Shown here: positions 19,400-27,691 of the stretch, piece by piece
How the letters are laid out: every line of letters starts with the position of its first letter
Position numbering within the stretch: position 1 is the stretch's first letter
NCBI GenBank assembly: GCA_002319915.1
Contig: DCFQ01000103.1
Span: forward strand, 12,653 to 76,652
Direction: 5' to 3'
Origin: Bacteroidales bacterium UBA1800
GTDB taxonomy: Bacteria > Bacteroidota > Bacteroidia > Bacteroidales > VadinHA17
Length of the DNA stretch: 64,000 nucleotides
Translations under genes and position numbers: made by a program
The notes under the pieces: generated by a model
Told to the model about the DNA's origin: nothing
The model's database searches: none
What the model saw: the letters and a program-made list of their open reading frames with translations, nothing else

Positions 19400-20059
19400 A
19401 TGATTATAACTGAAGGCATTACAAAATCGTTCGGAGACCTTAAGGTCCTTAAGGGGATAAATCTTGAAATAAAAGACAGGGAAGTCGTTTCCATCGTCGG
19501 TGCTTCCGGCGCAGGCAAGACCACCCTCCTTCAGATAATCGGGACTCTCGACAAGCCCGACGACGGTATCGTTAAATATAACGGCACCGACACCCGGCGT
19601 CTCAAGGGAAAATCACTCTCATCTTTCAGGAACAGGAACATCGGATTCGTATTCCAGTTCCATCAGCTCCTGCCCGAATTTACCGCCCTCGAAAATGTTT
19701 GCATTCCTGCATATATTGCCGGAAAGGGTAAATCTGAAGCAGAGGCCCGTGCTGCAGAGATCCTGGGATTCCTTAATCTCAGTGAGAGGCTTGAACATAA
19801 GCCGTCAGAGCTCAGCGGGGGTGAACAGCAAAGAGTTGCCGTGGCAAGGGCATTGATAAATAACCCGTCGGTAATTCTTGCTGACGAACCTTCCGGAAAC
19901 CTTGATTCCGAAAACAAGAACGAGCTTCATAAGCTTTTCTTCAGGCTCAGGGACACATTCGGCCAGACAATAGTGATTGTTACGCACGACAGGCAGCTGG
20001 CCAACATGTCGGACCGTGTCCTTGAGATGAAGGACGGGCTGATTGTGAACGGAGCTTGA
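19400..20059 (+). CDS. ABC transporter ATP-binding protein (LolD/MacB-type)
   Basis: Walker [10 protein letters not shown], signature [15 protein letters not shown], Walker [12 protein letters not shown], and H-loop VTHD. Confidence 0.9.
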   Translation: MIITEGITKSFGDLKVLKGINLEIKDREVVSIVGASGAGKTTLLQIIGTLDKPDDGIVKYNGTDTRRLKGKSLSSFRNRNIGFVFQFHQLLPEFTALENVCIPAYIAGKGKSEAEARAAEILGFLNLSERLEHKPSELSGGEQQRVAVARALINNPSVILADEPSGNLDSENKNELHKLFFRLRDTFGQTIVIVTHDRQLANMSDRVLEMKDGLIVNGA

Positions 20060-20168
20060 TCTGCTCTCGCTGGCTTCATGATCAGCACCCGGTATCCAGG
20101 CCGGGACAGTACACCAGGTTAAAAATCTTTCATTAGACGGGGACTGCATATGGGGCTTTGAAAGTCTC

Positions 20169-20924
20169 TCACCTTATCCCCAGCAAGTCCATGAGACCAT
20201 TGATAAAGGTAAGCGGATGAGCCGGATTCCCGGGGACATAAAGATCAACCGGGTGATTGTTAAGGAAGCTCCTGTCGAGGGCAGGACTTCCGTTGAAAAT
20301 ACCGCCGCTGATGGCATCCGTTCCGGCAAGGACAATGATCTTCGGAAATGGGACGGCGTCATAGGTGAGCCTGAGCGCTTCCGCCATGTTCGCGGTGAAA
20401 GGGCCCGTGATCACGATCCCGTCGGCGTGCCGGGGTGATGCAACGAATTCGATCCCGAACCTCCCCATATCAAAATTCACATTCCCCGAAGCGCCCAGCT
20501 CCATTTCGCACGAATTGTCTCCCCCGGCCGATACCTGCCGCAATTTGAGCGACCCCCTGAAAAGTTCCCTGATCTCCTTCCTTACCTTTGTTTCATCGAG
20601 CCTGATCCTGGCATCCGCACCGGGCTTCACGATGAGCCCGCCACGATCATTGACGGCAATCCTGTAATCATTGGTAAACTTTATGGCGCCGGGTTTCAGG
20701 AATGAACACTCGCCGCAGAAGAGGCACCTTCCGAGGTCGATGGCCCCCGAATCATTATTGATCGCACTGACCGGGCACACTGCCGCTGCTTCGCGAATAT
20801 CCCTGGTTGTTATTCCTTCCGCGATCACCGGGCGTCCCCTGAAGAGTGGCGAGACCGGCTGAGTGCGAAGGTCCTTTACCGACTGGTGGCCGTGTCGTGC
20901 CAGAATTGCCAATTCACGTATCAT
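20169..20924 (-). CDS. Hydrogenase-related small subunit: a HycF-like ferredoxin remnant fused to a HycG/NuoB-like domain with degenerate Fe-S ligands
   Basis: The C-terminal two thirds resemble HycG/NuoB (RFGIEFVASPRHADGIVITGP, SGGIF, VDLYVPGNP). The N-terminus carries CP...CLFCGEC. Cysteine positions are detailed in the findings. Confidence 0.8.
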   Translation of the reverse strand: MIRELAILARHGHQSVKDLRTQPVSPLFRGRPVIAEGITTRDIREAAAVCPVSAINNDSGAIDLGRCLFCGECSFLKPGAIKFTNDYRIAVNDRGGLIVKPGADARIRLDETKVRKEIRELFRGSLKLRQVSAGGDNSCEMELGASGNVNFDMGRFGIEFVASPRHADGIVITGPFTANMAEALRLTYDAVPFPKIIVLAGTDAISGGIFNGSPALDRSFLNNHPVDLYVPGNPAHPLTFINGLMDLLGIR

Positions 20925-20948
20925 ACTAATCAGCTTTTGTTAATCAGG

Positions 20949-22469
20949 TTACAGATCATGACCGCAATAGCTCAGGTTAAAGCTTTTATTGCAAACAGGG
21001 AAATCTGAGATCTCCTGGCTCCTTACCGCAAGCGCAAGGGCCATCCAGTTATGCACCGAAGGATCTTTTACTTTATAATGTACAAGGTTTCCCTTTGCAT
21101 CAGTTTCACATGAATGGACGATCTCTCCCCTCCATCCCTCGACGACCGAAACCGAAAAAGCACCCGGCTTCAATTTATATGAATAGTCAGGCTTCCCGGT
21201 ATCTTTATCCTTGCCTGCCCATACCTCGAGAAGCTCCCTGATGATCCTCAATGATTCCCTTACTTCCAGCTTCCGGATCATTCCCCGTGCCAGAACGTCC
21301 CCGGTTTCGAGTATTGCCGGGTTAACGGCAAAGTTCCTGAAGTACTGAAAAGGATGTGTTTTCCGTACATCCCGGGCCATCCCGCACGTTCGGGCCGCGA
21401 TTCCCACGGCCCCGATCTGCCTTGCCTGCGTGCCGGTGACAGTTCCTATATCCTCGAATCTTGCCAGAACGCTGGGGGAGGAATAGATGCACTCTGTTAT
21501 TCCTGAAAATTGCCTGTCAACAAAATCTGTCATTTTAATGATCTCCGCTGCCGTTTCCTCTGAGAGCGGAAAGTTGCTGCCGCCCGACCTGATCAAGCCT
21601 TTGCCGAACCTGTTACCGCACCACAGCTGGGTGGTATTTATCACCCTGGTCCTTATGGCTTCGCAAACCACCTGGCCGAGCTGATAGGCCACGTCACCGC
21701 AAAGGGCAGCGGTATCGCCGATATGGACTGCGATCCTTTCCATTTCGAGAGCGACGCATCTTTCGATCTGAAGTGCTTCGCCTGGTTCCAGCCCCGTAAG
21801 TGATTCAATAAGCTGGGTATGGGCCAGTGAATGTCCCACTGCCGTATCACCGGCAATTGACTCCGCAAGGATGCACCTCTGCAGGGGAGTGTTTTTCGAA
21901 AGGAACAGATCTTCGGTCCCGCGATGCTGGTAACCCAGCTGGATCTCCAGGTGGAGCACTTTTTCGCCGTTGCAGATGAACCTGAAATGGCCGGGCTCAA
22001 TCACCCCGGCATGCACCGGACCGACACCGACCTCGTGAAGCTCTTCGCTTTCTATCCCGTAGAACGGGTAATTCTCCATGGTCTTTGACTTATCCCGGCG
22101 GTTGTGGGGAAATCTTACGCCTTTCATCCACGGATGCCCCTCAAATACGACACCGAAATTTTCATTTATCTCCCGTTCGAAGACGGAGAGCTGAGGAAAG
22201 AGATCTGCTGCTGACCTGAGCACCGGATTCAGAGTGCCGGTCTCATATGCAGCGACTTCAATATTGCCGGAGGGATCATCTGCCAGAAAGCAGTAAAGCT
22301 TTAAGCTATCCTGGGTTTTAATGCCGTAGTATGCCAGGCAGTGCCTGGCTTCATCCTTTAACCCATCGGTGACAAAGCTGTAAAAATCATCATAACCGGA
22401 GATGGGTATTTCCCTGACCCCCCCTGCAGGATAATTGTTTTTCAGTTTGAAATGAGATGGTTGGTCCAT
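20949..22469 (-). CDS. Hydrogenase-related large subunit (NuoC-like plus NuoD/HycE/HyfG-like) lacking the [NiFe] cysteine motifs
   Basis: GPVHAGVIEPGHFRF and LGYQHRG match group 4 large subunit and NuoD signatures. The L1 and L2 motif positions read SIAGDTAVGH and SFNLSYCGHDL. Confidence 0.85.
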   Translation of the reverse strand: MDQPSHFKLKNNYPAGGVREIPISGYDDFYSFVTDGLKDEARHCLAYYGIKTQDSLKLYCFLADDPSGNIEVAAYETGTLNPVLRSAADLFPQLSVFEREINENFGVVFEGHPWMKGVRFPHNRRDKSKTMENYPFYGIESEELHEVGVGPVHAGVIEPGHFRFICNGEKVLHLEIQLGYQHRGTEDLFLSKNTPLQRCILAESIAGDTAVGHSLAHTQLIESLTGLEPGEALQIERCVALEMERIAVHIGDTAALCGDVAYQLGQVVCEAIRTRVINTTQLWCGNRFGKGLIRSGGSNFPLSEETAAEIIKMTDFVDRQFSGITECIYSSPSVLARFEDIGTVTGTQARQIGAVGIAARTCGMARDVRKTHPFQYFRNFAVNPAILETGDVLARGMIRKLEVRESLRIIRELLEVWAGKDKDTGKPDYSYKLKPGAFSVSVVEGWRGEIVHSCETDAKGNLVHYKVKDPSVHNWMALALAVRSQEISDFPVCNKSFNLSYCGHDL

Positions 22470-22475
22470 AATGGT

Positions 22476-23906
22476 TCAGAATGATCCCAGGGTGAGAATG
22501 TTGCTTTTGATAATATCGGTCAGGAAAGGTGGCTGGTAAAAGCATAATATCACTACCAGCCCCAGCAGGATGAACTGGGAGACGGTCTCCACCGCCCTCA
22601 CGGAGGTCACCTGGGGCTGGTCAGGTATCGAACGGGGATCCGAAAAAACTATGTGCATGGTCCGGGTGGTCATAGCGTAAATAACGAAACAAAGGAGGAA
22701 GAAAGTGATGATAAGGACAGCCCAGTTGCTGCCGGTAACCATTGCCCTGAATATCATTATTTCGCTGATGAACAGCCCTGAGGGCGGAATTCCCAGGATG
22801 CAGATAACCCCTGTTATGAGCACGAGTGATCCGGCCGGATAGAGCGCCATATACCTGCCGCAATCATCGAGCTTGAATGTGTGCAGGACCCGTGACAGCT
22901 GCCCCATCTGGTAGAAAAGGCTCGACTTTATCAGTGAGTGGAGGACAATTATCAGGAATGCAGCGTAATAGCCTTCCCCGCCGATCCCGGTGGCGATCGC
23001 GACAAGACCCATGTTCTCAAGGCTCGAATAGGCAAGCATTCGCTTCAGATGCTTCGCTTTCAGCATGTATCCAGCTGCAATAAGCAGGGAAAGGATGCCT
23101 GCCAGGATGAGCACATTATTCATGAAGCTGCGGATGGGCGAGGAGGCAAAAAGTGAATAGACCCTGAAGATCGACAGGAACCCAACGTTCATCAGTGTGG
23201 TCGAGATCAGTGCGCTCACGGGAGGAGGTGAAACCGAGTGTGCATCAATGGTCACCGTGTGCATCGGAAAGAGCCCCATTTTTGTACTGAATCCGACCAG
23301 GACAAAAAGGAACGCGATCTTCAGATAGAGGGGGTTTGCCTTGTCTATTATGACCGACAGATTCTCAAATGTCAGGTTTGCAGCATCGCCCCGGCCGTAG
23401 ATGAAACCGAGGAAAAGGATCCCAAGGTATGCAAGGGCAATGCCGGTGGAACAGATGAAAACATATTTCCAGGTCGCCTCCAGGGCCATTTCGGTCCGGT
23501 CGTGATAGATAAGTGCAGCAACAGCAAGAGTGGTGGCTTCGACAAAGATCCAGAGGACCGTCATTCCATTTGCCAGGTACGCTCCCGACATGAAAGTCAT
23601 CAGCAGGATCAGGGAAGCATGGTAAATGTTGTATTTCCTGATGTCATCCTTCGCCGTATATACAAATCCATGGTAAAACGTAGGGATGGTGAGAAGTGAA
23701 AGGATCGCGAGGAGAAGCACGCCCGAGCTGCTGAAGGTGAAATAGATGAGTTCGGTGGAATTCAGATTCATCCAGGAATGGATGGTGAGCCCGATATGGA
23801 TCAGGGCATAAAGCAGTGATATAAGCCTGGTTACCAGCTTATTCCTGAAAAGGAAAACTGAAAGGCTCAATAGAAATGCCGAAGAAAAGAAAATCAAAAC
23901 TGCCAT
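22476..23906 (-). CDS. HyfF/NuoN/MrpD-like antiporter-type membrane subunit
   Basis: 476-aa polytopic protein with STKMGLFPMHTVTIDAHSVSPPPVSALIS, a proton-conducting membrane transporter signature. Confidence 0.85.
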   Translation of the reverse strand: MAVLIFFSSAFLLSLSVFLFRNKLVTRLISLLYALIHIGLTIHSWMNLNSTELIYFTFSSSGVLLLAILSLLTIPTFYHGFVYTAKDDIRKYNIYHASLILLMTFMSGAYLANGMTVLWIFVEATTLAVAALIYHDRTEMALEATWKYVFICSTGIALAYLGILFLGFIYGRGDAANLTFENLSVIIDKANPLYLKIAFLFVLVGFSTKMGLFPMHTVTIDAHSVSPPPVSALISTTLMNVGFLSIFRVYSLFASSPIRSFMNNVLILAGILSLLIAAGYMLKAKHLKRMLAYSSLENMGLVAIATGIGGEGYYAAFLIIVLHSLIKSSLFYQMGQLSRVLHTFKLDDCGRYMALYPAGSLVLITGVICILGIPPSGLFISEIMIFRAMVTGSNWAVLIITFFLLCFVIYAMTTRTMHIVFSDPRSIPDQPQVTSVRAVETVSQFILLGLVVILCFYQPPFLTDIIKSNILTLGSF

Positions 23907-23909
23907 CCC

Positions 23910-24524
23910 TCAGTCTTTTAGCATTGTAAGTTCGTTGGTATGTGGCTTGAGACGCAATCCAAAAAAGCCCAGGATAAGAACCCCCACGAATATGTCGAGC
24001 AGGATCCCGATGTTTATCAGCGCCGGCATCCTGCTGCCTATTGCAAGGGAGAACATGAACACGGCATTTTCCACGATCAGAAAGCCTATCAGGTGCGAAA
24101 TGATCAGCTTATGGGTAATTATCAGGAGCAGCCCCGTCAATAACGTGTAGAGTGCGACGGCCATGTAAATGACGTTGATATACTGGTTGATCATTGCGCC
24201 CGCGAGAATGACGCTCACAAGCAGCGACAGGATGGAGAGAAGCAGAAGGTAAAATCCCGGCGTTGCCTGCCGGTGTACCTTGGAGACCCCGGAACGGCTG
24301 ATAATCCTGGAAAGAAGATAAGGAATGAGCAGTGTTTTAATTATAAGTGTTTCCGTCACGATGAACAGCAGGTTAACAGTATTTATCTCATTCAGCTCGA
24401 AAACTGCTATTCCGCACAGCAGCAAACCCTGTATTGCAAGCAGCCTGATATATATTATCAGCCTTTCTGCCGCGGCGAAATAAACCAAAGTAACCGAAAA
24501 TAAAACTATAAGATAGTTAACCAT
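23910..24524 (-). CDS. HyfE-like small membrane subunit (NuoK-related)
   Basis: 204-aa protein with multiple TM helices and a membrane-embedded Glu in IVENAVFMFSL. It sits between the HycD-like and HyfF-like genes, as in hyf operons. Confidence 0.7.
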   Translation of the reverse strand: MVNYLIVLFSVTLVYFAAAERLIIYIRLLAIQGLLLCGIAVFELNEINTVNLLFIVTETLIIKTLLIPYLLSRIISRSGVSKVHRQATPGFYLLLLSILSLLVSVILAGAMINQYINVIYMAVALYTLLTGLLLIITHKLIISHLIGFLIVENAVFMFSLAIGSRMPALINIGILLDIFVGVLILGFFGLRLKPHTNELTMLKD

Positions 24525-24530
24525 TGAAAA

Positions 24531-25445
24531 TCAGACTGTTAATTTATTTGTAAGTATAAGGACGATCACAAATGAGATCCAGGCAATCGCTGATATAGTG
24601 AGCAGATACTTCGGGTTCTTGTTCATTTTATTCCTGGCCCTGAATGATTCAAGCAGGCCGATGGCAACTGCAAACAGCAGCTGTACGGCAAGGAACAATA
24701 TGACATGAAGGAAAATATTCCATCCGGAGGGAACGATAATATTATACATCAGGGAGCCGTAAACTGCAAATTTCAGGTAGGATGTGATATGGATCAGGGC
24801 TTTGTCGAAGCCGCTGTTATCCAGGATCATTACCTCGTGGATCATGGTGAGCTCAAGATGTGTCCTGGGATCATCCACAGGGACACGACTGTTCTCTACC
24901 ATGGCGATCTGGGTAAACAGGAAAATACCGATTATGCTGAATATCAGCACATAATCATTTCCGGTGAGGAAGAAGTGATTGAAAATGCCTGAAAAAGAGG
25001 TGTGACCGGTGAACATGGCAAAAGTAGCCATCAGGATGAAAAAGGCAGGTTCAATGAGCATTGAGAAGAATGCTTCCCGGTTGGCTCCCATTCCTTCAAA
25101 GCTGCTGCCTGTGTCGAGAGCGGCAATTATAGAGAAGAACTTCCCGAGCCCGATAAGGTACGCGAAAAAGATAAAGTCGCCTCCGAATGAGATCAGCGAT
25201 CGCTGGTTTGCGAACGGAAGCAGCAGTGAAGCGCATACCAGGGTTGACAATGCAATTACCGGCGCGATCTGGAAGATAATGCCTGTCGTCCCGCTGAATA
25301 CGCTGCCTTTCCTCAGGAGGACAGCAATATCCTTCAGCGGCTGGAAAATCCCAGGCCCCTTGCGTCCCGATGCAATACTTTTTGTCCGCAGGATGATCCC
25401 GGGGAAAAACAGTGCCGATATGAATATCAGAATAACTCCCGGCAT
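24531..25445 (-). CDS. HycD/HyfC/NuoH-like membrane subunit
   Basis: 304-aa polytopic protein. The N-terminal loop GRKGPGIFQPLKDIAVLLRKG matches the NuoH/HycD signature. Confidence 0.85.
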   Translation of the reverse strand: MPGVILIFISALFFPGIILRTKSIASGRKGPGIFQPLKDIAVLLRKGSVFSGTTGIIFQIAPVIALSTLVCASLLLPFANQRSLISFGGDFIFFAYLIGLGKFFSIIAALDTGSSFEGMGANREAFFSMLIEPAFFILMATFAMFTGHTSFSGIFNHFFLTGNDYVLIFSIIGIFLFTQIAMVENSRVPVDDPRTHLELTMIHEVMILDNSGFDKALIHITSYLKFAVYGSLMYNIIVPSGWNIFLHVILFLAVQLLFAVAIGLLESFRARNKMNKNPKYLLTISAIAWISFVIVLILTNKLTV

Positions 25446-25446
25446 C

Positions 25447-27441
25447 TCAGATCAGTTTGAGGCAGGTTAATAAAAAGATCACCAGCATGAAGATGAAGGC
25501 GTATAATATATAGTGGCGGATCTGCCCCGTCTGCATGACAGCAATTTTCTTAAGCAGGGCCGAGATCCAATCGACCGGGATATCGATCAGGATCTTCTTC
25601 AGAATATCTTCGCTGCGCGATTTGAAGGCCCGTTTCCCGGGAAATATTTCTTCTTCCCCTATCTCCTTCATTACCTTCCTGGTCTGAAGCAATGGTTTTG
25701 CAAGGTGATTATAGTTATACGAATATGAAGTGGCTGTATACTGCTGCCTGGCATTGACGGCAGTGTACCCGCATCCCCATGTCGGGCCGGTCGTGACCAT
25801 GCGGCTCTTCAGGTGATAGCGCCTGTAAACCAGCAATGCAACGGTGATCAGGACAAAAATGCCCCCGAGCAGGCTTATCCCGGCAAGGTTTGTGAGGTAA
25901 CCACTCCCCGCAAGGTCGGTACCCGGCAGGTTGAATGAGACTCTTACGGTCTCAAAAAGAGGTTTTACGACCAGGAATGATCCAAACCCGATCAGCAGGA
26001 TAAAGAAGAGGGTCAGTAACTGCGGAACGAGCATCGATCTGCTGACCTCTCCTGCCGATTCCGCTTCCCCTGTGCGAGGCTGGCCTAGGAACACTATGCC
26101 GAAGGCTTTTGTAAAGCAGAAAATTGCCAGCCCTCCGATCAGCACAAGGCCCGTGATCACCAACAGGAACATAATCGAGTGGATAAGGTCAGCTGATGGG
26201 AGGCTGGTAAATATGCCGGCATAGATCAGGTACTCCGAGATAAAGCCGTTAAATGGCGGCAAGCCGCAAATAGCAAGCGAGCCGATAAGAAAGAGGCCGG
26301 CGGTATATGGCATCTTCTTCATCAGGCCCCCGAGCTTTTCTATATTCCGGGTATGGGTGACTGTGTATACCGATCCGGCATTGAAAAACAGCATCGACTT
26401 GAAAAGGGAATGGTTCATGACATGCAGAAGACCGCCGCCAAATCCGAGGAGGCTCAGCACCGTATTCCCCGTTGAAAGGCCGATAACCCCGAGCCCGAGG
26501 CCTATCCCTATAATTCCAATATTCTCGATGCTGTGGTATGCAAGCAGCCTTTTGATGTCGTGCTGCATTATCGCCATCATCACTCCGAAAAGTCCTGAGA
26601 TGACCGAAACGGCAAGGATGAAAATGCCGGTGATCAGCAGGTCGCTTTGCAGTGCGGCGAGGACCCTGATTATCCCGTATATTCCCATTTTTATCATTAC
26701 TCCCGACATCACTCCGGAAACATGTGACGGGGCTGCGGGATGGGCATCAGGAAGCCACGTGTGCAAGGGGATGAACCCGGCCTTTATCCCGAACCCTGCA
26801 AAGAACAGGAGAAAGAGCGGAAAATTTGGATTTCCGGAGAAATAATCCTTCAACGCATCAAAGCTCATCTGGCCGGTGTACCTGCTTACCAGGAGGAACC
26901 CTGTCAGGATGAAAAACATTCCGGCATGCATCTGGATGAGGTAATTGATGCCGGTCTTCAGGATCACCCTTTCTTCCGCCTCGAAGATGACCAGGAGAAA
27001 TGACGATACAGCCATCAGCTCCCAGGCGATCAGGAAGAAAAGTCCGTCGCGGATTGTAACCACGAAGATCATGGAAAGGTAGAGCCACAGATATGAGAAA
27101 TAATGAATCGAAAAGCGAAGCGCATTTTTCTCATGATAGTACGGCTTCAGGTATCCTTTAGCGTAAAGGAATCCGACAAGTGACGTGATGTTGATGACAA
27201 GAATGAAGAATGCTGAGAGCCTGTCGATCACAAGGGGGAAGCTCCTTTGAAGCAGCGGGATTGCGATCCTGATGTCATCTGCCCCGGAATCCTGCACGTA
27301 CAGGAGGATGGCCCAGTATGTGGTCGCGGCAATTCCTGCCCCGAGTATTGCAAGGGTGAAATAATATTTAAGGGATTTCGGGATGAAAAATACCCCGAAT
27401 GATAAAATAACAGAGATCAGAAGAATATATGTCAAGACCAT
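25447..27441 (-). CDS. HyfB/HycC/NuoL-like antiporter-type membrane subunit
   Basis: 664 aa with WELMAVSSFLLV (TM Glu) and GIKAGFIPLHTWLPDAHPAAPSHVSGVMSGVMIKMG. It is the first gene of the operon. Confidence 0.85.
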   Translation of the reverse strand: MVLTYILLISVILSFGVFFIPKSLKYYFTLAILGAGIAATTYWAILLYVQDSGADDIRIAIPLLQRSFPLVIDRLSAFFILVINITSLVGFLYAKGYLKPYYHEKNALRFSIHYFSYLWLYLSMIFVVTIRDGLFFLIAWELMAVSSFLLVIFEAEERVILKTGINYLIQMHAGMFFILTGFLLVSRYTGQMSFDALKDYFSGNPNFPLFLLFFAGFGIKAGFIPLHTWLPDAHPAAPSHVSGVMSGVMIKMGIYGIIRVLAALQSDLLITGIFILAVSVISGLFGVMMAIMQHDIKRLLAYHSIENIGIIGIGLGLGVIGLSTGNTVLSLLGFGGGLLHVMNHSLFKSMLFFNAGSVYTVTHTRNIEKLGGLMKKMPYTAGLFLIGSLAICGLPPFNGFISEYLIYAGIFTSLPSADLIHSIMFLLVITGLVLIGGLAIFCFTKAFGIVFLGQPRTGEAESAGEVSRSMLVPQLLTLFFILLIGFGSFLVVKPLFETVRVSFNLPGTDLAGSGYLTNLAGISLLGGIFVLITVALLVYRRYHLKSRMVTTGPTWGCGYTAVNARQQYTATSYSYNYNHLAKPLLQTRKVMKEIGEEEIFPGKRAFKSRSEDILKKILIDIPVDWISALLKKIAVMQTGQIRHYILYAFIFMLVIFLLTCLKLI

Positions 27442-27565
27442 GCCGGTATGAAAAATACTTTAAGATACGACTGACAATATTTTCCAGGGCTTTTAAGCCC
27501 CTGCTGCCAGGTTTCGATTCAGGATGGTTTTATTGAATGAGAGAGACCATCGGTTTTTTCGAGCC

Positions 27566-27573
27566 CAAAAGTA
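27566..27573 (-). promoter_or_regulatory. Candidate -7 box (TACTTTTG on the minus strand) upstream of the hyf-like operon
   Basis: Plus-strand caaaagta reads TAnnTTTG on the minus strand, about 125 nt upstream of the ATG at 27441. The nearest -33-like TTTG is poorly spaced. Confidence 0.25.
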
Positions 27574-27691
27574 TAAAAATATCCGTTAGTTTTTATTCAA
27601 TGCAAAATATCATCTGTTTGTTCTCCCAAGGACAAATGAAATGTTACGGTTAAACCAATTTCTTTAATTTTACGGAGCGGATTAAGGAATT

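Noticed and set aside
20169-27441. Functional formate hydrogenlyase or hydrogenase-4 (Hyf), or a respiratory complex I (nuo) operon
   Set aside because: The [NiFe] L1/L2 cysteines and three of four proximal-cluster cysteines are absent. No fdhF, hycB/hyfA, hyp or hycI genes are in the window. For complex I, the nuoA, J, E, F and G equivalents are missing and the gene order follows hyf rather than nuo.
27442-27691. Sigma54 promoter or structured RNA upstream of the hyf-like operon
   Set aside because: The only TGGCA-like word (minus strand, around 27500-27510) has its GC dinucleotide 2 nt out of register with a -12 element. The gggctt/aagccc hairpin is only 5-6 bp. I recognised no riboswitch or small-RNA motif.
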